DNA of 64,000 nucleotides from contig BROI01000019.1 of assembly GCA_027923505.1 (NCBI GenBank), positions 310,001-374,000 on the forward strand. Reading direction: 5' to 3'. This DNA is from Mayamaea pseudoterrestris. Lineage: Eukaryota. The translations under genes were made by a program, and so were the position numbers. Shown one piece after another: positions 1-9,435 of this stretch; position 1 is the first letter of the stretch; every line of letters starts with the position of its first letter. The notes under the pieces are model-generated. The model saw only the letters and a program-made list of their open reading frames with translations. It did no database searches and was not told the DNA's origin.

Positions 1-1353
1 GGTTATTGGATCGACATCACTCCATCCATCCGCCAAATCATCCACAACGGTATGCTGCAAGTGTCCACCACTAGAAAGTTTAGCCAACTCCATCTCACAT
101 TCGCGCGCCGTCTTGACTAAGCGCTTGATCAAGTGACTAACAACACGTCGATACTTTTCGCGTATGTGCAGACTCTGCTTGATACTTCCAGCCAATTCCA
201 ATAATGCTGGCGAGAATCGGGCCGAAATGTTAAGCTCGCCCAAGAGGTCATACATGTCGCGCATAAAGAGGCGAGCCGCCCGTAAATGCTGCTGCAAGAC
301 AACCTCGCGTGTAACGAGCGGCGTAACGTTTGGATTGCCGTCGCGGTCACCACCAATCCATGACGCGAATTTAATGGGTACAAAGTCTATAGGAAGTCTC
401 ATGCCAAGTGTAAGTTGCACTTGGGCATCAAGTTTACGCAAGTAAGCTGGGACAGCATCCCACAAGACACTCTCCAAAATGGCATTGCCACCAGTTGCCT
501 CCTGCTGCGGAGTTGGCTTCAACCGCCTAATTTCGTCGGCTCCCAGTATGCTAGCGACAGTTCTTTGCAAGTCCATTTTGATGTGAGTCTTTTCAAAGGC
601 CGACAAGTCGGGTCGTTCAAGTGTCGCTAGTTGATCGGAAATGTGACTGTACTTGCGGAGCATACTCTTACGCTGAACCTGAGTCGGATGCGCCGTCAGC
701 ACAATCTCCACCTTTTGCTGAAGCAATTGCCTAAAAATTTGTTCCTTGGTCGCCAATCCAGATTCCAGCAAAGCATCCATTGTTCCTCGCATAGAGTCTT
801 CGACGACTGGAAGCGGACCTCCCTGACTATCGCGCACCGACTCGTGGGCTCGCATTTGTCGCGTCCGGTGCTGAACTTCGGCCGAGTTCACCAAGTTGAG
901 CATGACGGAGAAGGTTCGCATGACTCCAACAGCATCCTGTGCATCCAAATCAGCAGCAAGCTGCACCATGCGTTCCATGGTTGACTCCTGATTCTTACTG
1001 GGGTCGGCTCGTTCCAATCCTAGCGAGCGGAATTGCTCGTACAGGTCGTGGACTTTTTGGCTCTCCGAGTTGACAATATCCGACAAAATGTCGGAAAGTA
1101 GTTGAATGTCGTTCAACAAGGGAGCATCTCTATCCATATCAATTGATCCGCTCTGAGAAAGAGGCGCCGCAATCTCCAAGTCCATGGTTTCGACATTGGC
1201 ATTCGGTTCCTTGGTGGAGGGCTGTGTGACGCTACCGGTAGATGGATTCGTTCCGCGAGCCGGAGCTGCATTTTTGCCGCTGCTAGCACATTGTACAGTT
1301 GCTGGCAAGGTAATCAGCAGTGCTGCTATACGCGACAGTCGATTAAATCTCAT
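1..1353 (-). CDS. PEPC: Phosphoenolpyruvate carboxylase, N-terminal part (runs off the window start); has a signal peptide, probable periplastidial PEPC1-type isoform
   Basis: Not in the ORF track because its stop lies outside the window. Manual translation from ATG 1353 is open to position 1: MRFNRLSRIAALLITLPATVQCASSGKN...LNLVNSAEVQHR...VEIVLTAHPTQ (catalytic His motif)...DEIRRLKPTPQQEA...KFASWIGGDRDGNPNVT. Confidence 0.96.
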   Translation of the reverse strand, partial: MRFNRLSRIAALLITLPATVQCASSGKNAAPARGTNPSTGSVTQPSTKEPNANVETMDLEIAAPLSQSGSIDMDRDAPLLNDIQLLSDILSDIVNSESQKVHDLYEQFRSLGLERADPSKNQESTMERMVQLAADLDAQDAVGVMRTFSVMLNLVNSAEVQHRTRQMRAHESVRDSQGGPLPVVEDSMRGTMDALLESGLATKEQIFRQLLQQKVEIVLTAHPTQVQRKSMLRKYSHISDQLATLERPDLSAFEKTHIKMDLQRTVASILGADEIRRLKPTPQQEATGGNAILESVLWDAVPAYLRKLDAQVQLTLGMRLPIDFVPIKFASWIGGDRDGNPNVTPLVTREVVLQQHLRAARLFMRDMYDLLGELNISARFSPALLELAGSIKQSLHIREKYRRVVSHLIKRLVKTARECEMELAKLSSGGHLQHTVVDDLADGWSDVDPIT

Positions 1354-1536
1354 TGTTCTTTCAAAACTGAAGAAGAAAATCGGATGGACCATGGTGTCGA
1401 GTTCGTCGAGGTTTCCGGGTCGTCGAAACGTCACTCACCTTCTAACAGTACCGGTGCGATAAATCGAATCGTACCGCGTCACTTCAATCGTGCGAACACT
1501 CTGACCTCGAAACGTGAACGATTCGGTTCTCTTCCA

Positions 1537-2686
1537 CATGGTGCACCTCAGCAGTTCACAACGAAGCATTCCTTTCACCATGAGCAACAATCACCATCCA
1601 ATGATGCAATACAGCAGCAGTTATACTGCATCCGCAGAGACTCTCCTGCATATTCCTCGTGCCCAGGATTGGAGCAAGGGTGTTGCCATTCACGAGCAAG
1701 GCAATACATCTGCTGTTGTCTTCCGAGTGCTCGAAAATTTGAATCGCGGCAGTCTTCTCGAACCAAAGTTTCGCACCATTCTCACCAACGCGGATGGTGA
1801 GCAAGTGGTTGCGCTTGTCAAACTAAACCGCCGCAGCATTCGTCCGCACTGGTGCATTTATCTGGCGACGAGTGCTGTGACTGGCTGTCCACGACGAAGT
1901 GCAAGCGGCGACTTGACAAGTGGCGATCGCGATCAATTGCCGCCGAACATGATACTATATGGAGTATTGCACAGGAATGGTGACTTTACGACGACTGGAT
2001 GTCGATCTTGGATGGGTCAAGATGGTGCAGGCGACGAAAACGATGATGATCCGCTTGCGTATCAATGTCGTTCGGTGCGTGGCGGCAAGGTTTGTTGTTG
2101 CAGCGGGAGTTCGCATCGGGTAATGGACGTTTTCTACACGACAAACGATGACGATGAGTCTGCTGCGATCGCTTTTGTACGTAATCAGTTTGACGAAACT
2201 ATGAAAGTAGCGGCGGGTGAAAACTTACTTGTGGCAGCCGCCTTGTGCTACGCCATTGATCGTCAGGTGAAACCACTCGGAAGCATGGAGGAGCGCAAGC
2301 AACGCATTGCACACGCCCGACGACAAGCGGAGATACTTGGATTGAAAAATAAGTCATCAAGGCGGCACTCTGGCGAAGACGTTGTTGTAGTACCATTGAA
2401 GGACAAGACGAAAGCGCTGCGTATTGTGGAAGAGTCTGCGAAGGATGGGTCGGACGCAATCATGATCACGCTGGCAGAAGCTAGTCAACATACATCTACA
2501 ACGATTAAAGCAGACAACTCTCGACAAAGATCCGTTTCTCCTGCCGGCCTTGCCAATAGCAACGAGCACACAACGATTGGTCCTGCAAGTTTTGCGGCGA
2601 GACGGCGGCAAAAACAATTCTCGGAGCCAATTTTGGAATTGGAAGGCGATGTAAGCGCAGAGCACGTGCGCACCAGCAGCTACTAG
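1537..2686 (+). CDS. Hypothetical protein, possible LURP-one/tubby C-terminal-like domain; start uncertain (ATG ~1538 or 1580)
   Basis: 390-aa ORF. A beta-rich region ends in a hydrophobic helix (MKVAAGENLLVAAALCYAID) resembling LURP/scramblase-like folds, followed by a low-complexity tail. Confidence 0.5.
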
Positions 2687-2857
2687 AATCTTACATCTTT
2701 AGACGTAGATGCATCGCATGTACCATTAGTTGTTGTACATTAGTCGGGATTGTATGATCATTGGAAACGCGACCAGCCCCTTCGGCATAGATTTCAGTAC
2801 CAGTACGACGCGAGCGTGACAGCACCAAGAACTGCAACGAGATCACAGCACACAAAG

Positions 2858-4330
2858 ATGGACTTCGTTCATGGTGCCCGTGTTGATACCGACGACCCCA
2901 GCCTTGCCAATCATACAGTATGCATGCGAAGAGTACTCAAGTATTGCGTCGAGCAAATACAGGAGCTTCCGACCAGTCTGCCGAAGATTTCGTCTCGTGT
3001 CGTGCAGGATGCTAGTGAAACTCCATCGCTCATTCGACAAGAAGCGCTTAATGGGTTCTCGAATAGACAACAACAGTCGGATATGTTTTCTATACCCGAA
3101 TATGACTCCTGGCATAATGTATCACCTTGCTATTTTCGTCGCGAATTTCATCGAGCAAATTTGCCCTGCAAAATTAAGCATGCAACTGCGCCTTACTTTA
3201 CGAGAGTTCGGGAAGAGTGGACGGCGACCCATGTTGAAAGCATATCTTCTCCGAAGGTGACAGTGAACCATGAATGGTTCCTGGAGAAACTTGGTGCCGA
3301 TGCATTGGTGCCTGTCCGGTTCTCGCCTCTTGCCAACGTTGGCGAGTGTAAGCTTGACGAACAAGGACGAGCTAACGAAACATGCCAAACGGTACACATG
3401 CCACTACATGAGTGGATGTCGCTGCTGGAACGAAACTCACCTTTACCAAACAGGAAAGACATCCATATTCGTCACCAGTATTACTTGAAGGATTGGCACC
3501 TGCTAAAGCTACTGGAGAAGAATGAAAACGCCACGAACCAAGTTCAAGATGAACCATTATACACTGTACCTCCTCACTTTGGACCGGACTTGCTCAATGA
3601 CTATCTTAGCTTTGGGCCAAGTGACTACAAATTTGTTTACTGGGGACCGAAACACTCGTGCACCGGTCTGCATTCAGATGTCATGGGCTCGTTTAGCTGG
3701 TCGTACAACGTACGTGGTACCAAGGAATGGACGTTTCATCTGCCGACAATAGTAGCGGAAGATGCTCATGGGGACGAATCCAGTACTGCAACAACAATGA
3801 CTGTCCAACAATTGGCGGGCGAGTGCATTTTTGTTCCAGCAGGCTGGTTGCACAGCGTCGTCAACATTGACGACGCGGAAACCTTGTCGATCAACCACAA
3901 CTGGATTACAACAGCCAATCTTGACATTGTTTGGAAGACACTGCAGACGGAAATGGTTGCGATTGATATAGAGTTGGCCAAGTGGTCGAACGACGACGAA
4001 GCGTGTGATGGTAGCGGTAGCGTGGAAGCGAAGGAATCCATGCTTCTGGGCTGCGTTGGCCTTAACGTGACGGCCTATCTTTTAATCGTCGTTTTGGGAA
4101 TTGTGAATGTGTTGCGATGGAGTAGCGATGATGAGCAGTATGATGACCACTTTGACTTGCTCCGACTCGGAGAAACACTTCGAACGATACTGGACGCGAA
4201 TGATGAACTTTGCCTCGAAGAACGACTTAGCACAGCTCTTGCAAGCAAGAAGTTAGCGACTATCACCCTACATGTGGTGTCAGCTGTACTCAAGCGAATT
4301 GAAATAATGTCAACTAGCTCCTCTGCATAA
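2858..4330 (+). CDS. JMJD4: JmjC-domain 2-oxoglutarate/Fe(II) oxygenase, JMJD4-like
   Basis: Motifs YLKDWH, DYKFVYWGP..SCTGLHSDV.GSFSWS.NV.G.KEW and QLAGECIFVPAGWLHSVVN...SINHNW; HxD...H metal triad intact. First ATG is at 2858 (the track starts at a TTG, 2750). Confidence 0.88.
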   Translation: MDFVHGARVDTDDPSLANHTVCMRRVLKYCVEQIQELPTSLPKISSRVVQDASETPSLIRQEALNGFSNRQQQSDMFSIPEYDSWHNVSPCYFRREFHRANLPCKIKHATAPYFTRVREEWTATHVESISSPKVTVNHEWFLEKLGADALVPVRFSPLANVGECKLDEQGRANETCQTVHMPLHEWMSLLERNSPLPNRKDIHIRHQYYLKDWHLLKLLEKNENATNQVQDEPLYTVPPHFGPDLLNDYLSFGPSDYKFVYWGPKHSCTGLHSDVMGSFSWSYNVRGTKEWTFHLPTIVAEDAHGDESSTATTMTVQQLAGECIFVPAGWLHSVVNIDDAETLSINHNWITTANLDIVWKTLQTEMVAIDIELAKWSNDDEACDGSGSVEAKESMLLGCVGLNVTAYLLIVVLGIVNVLRWSSDDEQYDDHFDLLRLGETLRTILDANDELCLEERLSTALASKKLATITLHVVSAVLKRIEIMSTSSSA

Positions 4331-4334
4331 TGTA

Positions 4335-7300
4335 CTATATCTTTGGGGTGGCATTTGAGTTCTGTCGATCGTACCTCATGTGGTGCAGCCATAAATGCTC
4401 TAGCGAGTCGTCGTCCAGTTTCAGCAGTTCTGTCATGAGCTCCTGGCGGCGACTGGGCGGCTTGGGCGCGTCATCATCTCGCGAGTGCCCATGAAACTTT
4501 CTTCGACGTGCAACACGTTTTGCAACTTTGACTAATGCTTTGTTCACTGAATGACACAGAAGGAAGGTATTCGACTCAAACTTTACACAAAGAGCTTGCG
4601 ACAGAGGTCCCAAGTCGTCTAGGAAAAGCAAAACGGAAAGGCGAATATTGTCCGGCAGATCAATTAGTTGTTGCAATGTCAGTCCCGTGTCCAAAACCAT
4701 TATGTCTGATGTCGGCTCGTTGAATCTGAATTTAACGCGTTCCAAAATAGTCTCAATGAATATGCCTGCTGCTGCTGAACGCTCTCCGCTCAATGTCGTT
4801 AAAGGTAATCGGATATCGATCTTTGGCGCCAACTTAAAACTGCCACCGTCGATGTGAAGCTTGTATCTCATTACGCTGTCTATAGGTGTGATCGAAGGAG
4901 CGCTTACACTTGATCTGCTTGCAGGGGGCTTTCCCTCCACAATTTTCCTCATATTTTGGATTATTAAGGGAATCTCATCCTTGACTTTCCACGGGATGTC
5001 GACAACAGATGGACCACACCAAACGTGGAGGAGTGATCGCGAGAGGTCCTTATCAAGCTGATGCGCAGTGGCACTAACGAACCGCATTTGGAGAGCGTGG
5101 CGATCTCGCTCTTCGTATGAAAGTGTTTCGATAGGCGGTTGCATGTCGAGCAGAGCGGCAGCCGTAGATGGCCACGGAGAACGGTTGCTCTGCCCTTCCA
5201 TCGTTCGCATCGTGTTAATGGTTGCGTCGTCGAATTCTACCATGCGTTGCCGCAACCCACACGACAACAGCTGCTTATTGAGAGCTCCTACATATTCTTT
5301 CATCAGCGTATGGCCAATATCAATTCTCCAATCGGAGTAGGATTTGATGAATGTCGATAACCTTTGATGGTCCATGGTGATACACTTGGCCATTCCGTCG
5401 TAGTAAGAGAAAGTCAGTCTTTGATCATCAACATCAATAGAATTAATCACATGCACCCGAAATCGAACTTCGGACAGATGCATGCCAAGAATTTGGATTT
5501 TTTCTGGTTGCATATAGAAAGGGTAGGAAGAAGTTATATCGTCGTCGTCGGAGTTGTAAGACTGACCACTAGAATCGTCTTCCCCCTCGTCGTCGTTCGA
5601 TTCGGACGCATTCACAGCCATGCTTTGTTTACTGAGTCCAAAATGTTCCGAGTATTCTTCGTGCTCCAGCTCGGAGAAATCTCGCATACTTGACTCACCA
5701 AACGCGTTCGACGGTCGGCGGCGAGGGTCTGTCGTTCCCGCTGTTGCTGTTGAATTTTTCTTTATCAGGCTTACAAAATTGCTGATGACCTCAAGGCTGG
5801 TGCGATCCACATTCAATTCTAAAGGATCTCTTGTCACAACACTTAAAACGAAACCAGGCAAGGGAGTGGCATTGTCTAACGCATGCTGATACGGTATATC
5901 AGGTGCAGCCTGCCAACAAGCGGAGCAATGCTCGCAGGGCAAATGGTCAACCGAGCATCTGTTGGGAAACATGCCTCTCGCAACCTTGTGAAACGCACTC
6001 TTCATGCTACTATACTGAATACCATTATCGAGTATATGGTACGTAGCTGCGCCTTCGTATTCCCAAAACTTGTCCTCAAGTATCTCGGTTGTTTGTCGAA
6101 TCATGGGTGGTAGCGGCTGTGGAGCAGGCGCGACGTAGTCTACTCCAGCAAAAATGTTGAAATCGATGTCGTAGTCATCATACTCGTCCGTGTACCAAAA
6201 GCTACGGCTGACAAGATCCTCCTTCGTTCCAACGAATAGTCTGGATTGAATGTCCACACCAGAAAATCGCAAAAGGCAGTACTGTGTTTCCGAGTCCCAG
6301 CAGTACCTCGCCCACAAGGTTCGTCGGTGTAGTTCACTAGTCTCGCGCAGCAGCTGCCCCGGCGGATATATCCGAACGACCACACCTCCATCGGGTCCTC
6401 TTCCTGTTCGTATCCGTTTCGTTGCATACTGATTCTCTACAATGCGGTCCTCCTGCCTCGTGTGCGCGGATGCGCGATCCTTGGAATGGCTCGTGTGCAA
6501 GGAGTGATTATTGATATCGTCGCCGTCTTCATCGTCGTCATCATCATCGTCTCCATCATCATCCTTGTATCTATACTTGCCAAGGAAGTCTCCACCGTCG
6601 GTGATGGACAGGAACTCGACACAAATCTCGACAATTGCGTCGTCATTGCTAAACTCGGTTTCATCGTCATCATTCTCATCTGTATCGTCGTCATTAACAA
6701 TCTGATCGCGTATAACCACTTGAATGCGCAAATCCCGTAATAATAGGTTTGGAATGGCCGAAAAGTAACGTGCGAGCGCATTCTCCGCCAAAACGCGATC
6801 CCCGATTGTTTTTGGTTTGCTACCGCTCTTCGTTGGCGGTGGTGCAGATTGCTGCTTTCCAAGCACAGCGCTTGGAGGATGCGTCGAATCCTTATCCATG
6901 TTGGCATCATCGGTAACATGAGCGTCGTTGAGTGGTTTGACTCGTACAGCTTCAATGATGAGAAAGCCATCTTCGACTAAAACATGAATCTCGCTTCCGA
7001 TTAAACGAACGTCCAACACGCCAACGTGACCGCCCTTGCCAAGTCTTAAAATATATGGTATCTCCGCGCCGTCCTCGTCCTCGTCGGACTCATCATATTC
7101 ATCAGGTGTATCGACGACTTGAGTGCTATTTGCGTCCATTTCATTTTCGAGAGTCAACTCATGAGCGTTGTTGGATATATCCGCAGGCTGAGAAAACGTT
7201 GCGTCTGTCTCAATGGCGCACTCAACTTTTGCCTTTGTATCAAAACTCTTTTCTTCCGCAACAGCAGCGACGGAAGATGATCTCCAGAACCACCATCCAG

Positions 7301-7787
7301 AAGAAGTTGTCGTAGTCGTAGTGCTAGAATCGACAGTTGACTCTGCTACTACAGTCGCTGAGGTGTTGTGTGTTTTCAATGGATTCGTCTCGGCAGCGCT
7401 TCGCAAAAGACCATCTTGCTCGCTTTGTAGAGCCGATTCTACAATGCCATTCTTCGCCTTTACTTCTTGGTCGTCATCATCAGTAGATTGTTTTGGATCG
7501 TCGGCTTTGGCCTCATCATTGCTGTGTTTCGATTGCTGCTTATTGTGTCGTCGCTTCCTCTTCTTTCTCTTGACATGCGCCAGCTTCCCCGGCAAGTCTC
7601 GTAGCTTGACGCCATGCCGCAGCTTGACATTCTTAAGGCGAACGCCCCATCCGCTGTGCCCATCCGAGTCGTACAGCGAGGGAAGGTTCACGCCTTCCAC
7701 ATCCACTTCCGACAAGTACTTGGACAGCAAGGTTTGGAGTGCTCGGCTCAAGAGCGACATGGCGGCAGATTTGAATATTCCGGACAT
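4335..7787 (-). CDS. 1150-aa protein with an N-terminal Chorein_N (VPS13/ATG2/BLTP)-like segment
   Basis: Intronless long ORF. The N-terminus LLSRALQTLLSKYLSEVDVEGVNL...GVRLKNVKLR matches the Chorein_N pattern. It also has acidic low-complexity inserts and beta-strand-like segments. Confidence 0.65.
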   Translation of the reverse strand: MSGIFKSAAMSLLSRALQTLLSKYLSEVDVEGVNLPSLYDSDGHSGWGVRLKNVKLRHGVKLRDLPGKLAHVKRKKRKRRHNKQQSKHSNDEAKADDPKQSTDDDDQEVKAKNGIVESALQSEQDGLLRSAAETNPLKTHNTSATVVAESTVDSSTTTTTTSSGWWFWRSSSVAAVAEEKSFDTKAKVECAIETDATFSQPADISNNAHELTLENEMDANSTQVVDTPDEYDESDEDEDGAEIPYILRLGKGGHVGVLDVRLIGSEIHVLVEDGFLIIEAVRVKPLNDAHVTDDANMDKDSTHPPSAVLGKQQSAPPPTKSGSKPKTIGDRVLAENALARYFSAIPNLLLRDLRIQVVIRDQIVNDDDTDENDDDETEFSNDDAIVEICVEFLSITDGGDFLGKYRYKDDDGDDDDDDDEDGDDINNHSLHTSHSKDRASAHTRQEDRIVENQYATKRIRTGRGPDGGVVVRIYPPGQLLRETSELHRRTLWARYCWDSETQYCLLRFSGVDIQSRLFVGTKEDLVSRSFWYTDEYDDYDIDFNIFAGVDYVAPAPQPLPPMIRQTTEILEDKFWEYEGAATYHILDNGIQYSSMKSAFHKVARGMFPNRCSVDHLPCEHCSACWQAAPDIPYQHALDNATPLPGFVLSVVTRDPLELNVDRTSLEVISNFVSLIKKNSTATAGTTDPRRRPSNAFGESSMRDFSELEHEEYSEHFGLSKQSMAVNASESNDDEGEDDSSGQSYNSDDDDITSSYPFYMQPEKIQILGMHLSEVRFRVHVINSIDVDDQRLTFSYYDGMAKCITMDHQRLSTFIKSYSDWRIDIGHTLMKEYVGALNKQLLSCGLRQRMVEFDDATINTMRTMEGQSNRSPWPSTAAALLDMQPPIETLSYEERDRHALQMRFVSATAHQLDKDLSRSLLHVWCGPSVVDIPWKVKDEIPLIIQNMRKIVEGKPPASRSSVSAPSITPIDSVMRYKLHIDGGSFKLAPKIDIRLPLTTLSGERSAAAGIFIETILERVKFRFNEPTSDIMVLDTGLTLQQLIDLPDNIRLSVLLFLDDLGPLSQALCVKFESNTFLLCHSVNKALVKVAKRVARRRKFHGHSRDDDAPKPPSRRQELMTELLKLDDDSLEHLWLHHMRYDRQNSNATPKI

Positions 7788-8019
7788 GATTTGTTGTGAG
7801 CTGTATATAAGCAGATATCTTTCAATTGCCTAACTTTCAAGCTCAAACCTTGCCATCCAAGGCATCTCAAGGGGCCAAACTGCCGCTGCGCCATGGTCGA
7901 CTCGTCGGCCGTCGCATCCAAATCAGTCGCGCTGCGACGAGATCATCTTAGCTAACCACGTTCAGCAAAGGTCCAGATCCAATTATAAGTTTACTAAGTG
8001 AATGTCATTCATACAAGTA

Positions 8020-9249
8020 TTATGTACCTAACTTTACAGCAATACATGTAATGTCATCAATCTTCACGTCCATGTTCAAACCTCCTTGCCATGCCTCGCT
8101 CGCTCGTCGGGCAACTCGTTCCACAACGGATTGCATGTCACTGTTTGATGCAGCGTTTCCATCAATTATCGCTTGTATCGTTGCATGATTCAAGACATCT
8201 GACACACCATCCGTCATGAGTATTATCCATTCGGGACAATGTTTTGTGCATGTCACAACTGGAGTCGGCAATATTCCCGCCGGAAGCATGTAGGCATTGC
8301 CCAGTGACCGCGTCATGGCAATGCCCTGCGGACCGTAAAAGACGTTGCCTTGGGCATCAATGCGCGTTCCGTTGCGGCGCCTCATGCAATTTTCGATGCG
8401 ATTGAGCTCGGCAGGAATGCGAGTCGTCGTTGGAGTTGTTGCATGCAGTGTTGCAGTTTTACGATATTGAGGTGGACTCATGGTTTCTGCAGTTTCTCCT
8501 TCTTCGCTGCCCCTTCTGGATGAACAAGTCATCTTCCAAAGAGCCTGCGAGTCTCCAACGTGAGCAATGTAAAGACCGTTTGTAGATTCATCTTTGCTGT
8601 CAACTATCAAAGCTACGACGCAAGTCGTTCCAGACCGCTGCGCCGGAATTCCTGGTTCCATTTGAGCATCCAAGTGCGCCAAGTGAAACGCATTGGTCAA
8701 GAGAGAGGCGTAATTGGTATCGGTGTCATTGCAAATGTTCATAGAATTGGAATCAACGACCTTGTCAAGCATGACCGACGGATCATTCGTCGCCCGTCCG
8801 ACTCGAACAAGGTCTTGTTGCAAAGTTTTCAGCATTTCAAGGTCAGATGTCATCAATGATTCATGTTTCAGCAATTGAATGATTCGTATTGGTAATTGCT
8901 TTCTCAGGTAGTCTGTCAACAAGTGTCCCTTGGTGCCGTGTCCATCCATGACGCCCAGAATGGTCACATTGCAGTCGGTAAGCTGACATGATTCACAAAA
9001 GTAGGCATCCTGGTTAGCCTTGTATCGATCGGGGTCATGACCTGCGACTGAAATGCAGCCAATGTCAATGTTTGCGGTTGATTGTAGCGTATCCTGGTGC
9101 TGATGAGGCAGCCGCGACGAAAGTAATGATCCATGCTTGAGAGCACGAGTGACTCTATAATAAGACACCAACGTCCATCCTTGACAGCAGATTGGAACGA
9201 GGAGCCATAGAATTTGCAGTCGCAAGCATTGTATTCGTAGCCAAGCCAT
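8020..9249 (-). CDS. PP2C/PPM protein phosphatase with N-terminal signal peptide (possible plastid targeting)
   Basis: PP2C motifs NQDAY, VMDGHG, SGTT, AHVGDS, AMTRSLG, ILMTDGVSD, DDITC. Hydrophobic N-terminus ends ICCQG-WTLV. Confidence 0.88.
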   Translation of the reverse strand: MAWLRIQCLRLQILWLLVPICCQGWTLVSYYRVTRALKHGSLLSSRLPHQHQDTLQSTANIDIGCISVAGHDPDRYKANQDAYFCESCQLTDCNVTILGVMDGHGTKGHLLTDYLRKQLPIRIIQLLKHESLMTSDLEMLKTLQQDLVRVGRATNDPSVMLDKVVDSNSMNICNDTDTNYASLLTNAFHLAHLDAQMEPGIPAQRSGTTCVVALIVDSKDESTNGLYIAHVGDSQALWKMTCSSRRGSEEGETAETMSPPQYRKTATLHATTPTTTRIPAELNRIENCMRRRNGTRIDAQGNVFYGPQGIAMTRSLGNAYMLPAGILPTPVVTCTKHCPEWIILMTDGVSDVLNHATIQAIIDGNAASNSDMQSVVERVARRASEAWQGGLNMDVKIDDITCIAVKLGT

Positions 9250-9435
9250 GAATCATACAAAATAACATGCCGATTTTTTGTGTGATGGAAAAGATCTCGG
9301 CATTCGTGAGTACCGGTGCGTCTTTAGAACCGGATCGACAAGGCAACGACGACGATGAGCAAAAGCCGTCGACCTTGGTGCGATTGCAAACCATTTCTTT
9401 GACAAAAAGCCTTCCTCGTACAGCACTTTTAAGCA

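Noticed and set aside
129..1462. Several short plus-strand and off-frame ORFs in the track
   Set aside because: They are shadows of the minus-strand PEPC coding sequence.
6520..6700. (TCA/TCG)n and other trinucleotide-like runs (also CAG runs near 55560 and 63560)
   Set aside because: They encode ordinary poly-Asp or poly-Gln low-complexity tracts and are not CRISPR arrays or mobile repeats.
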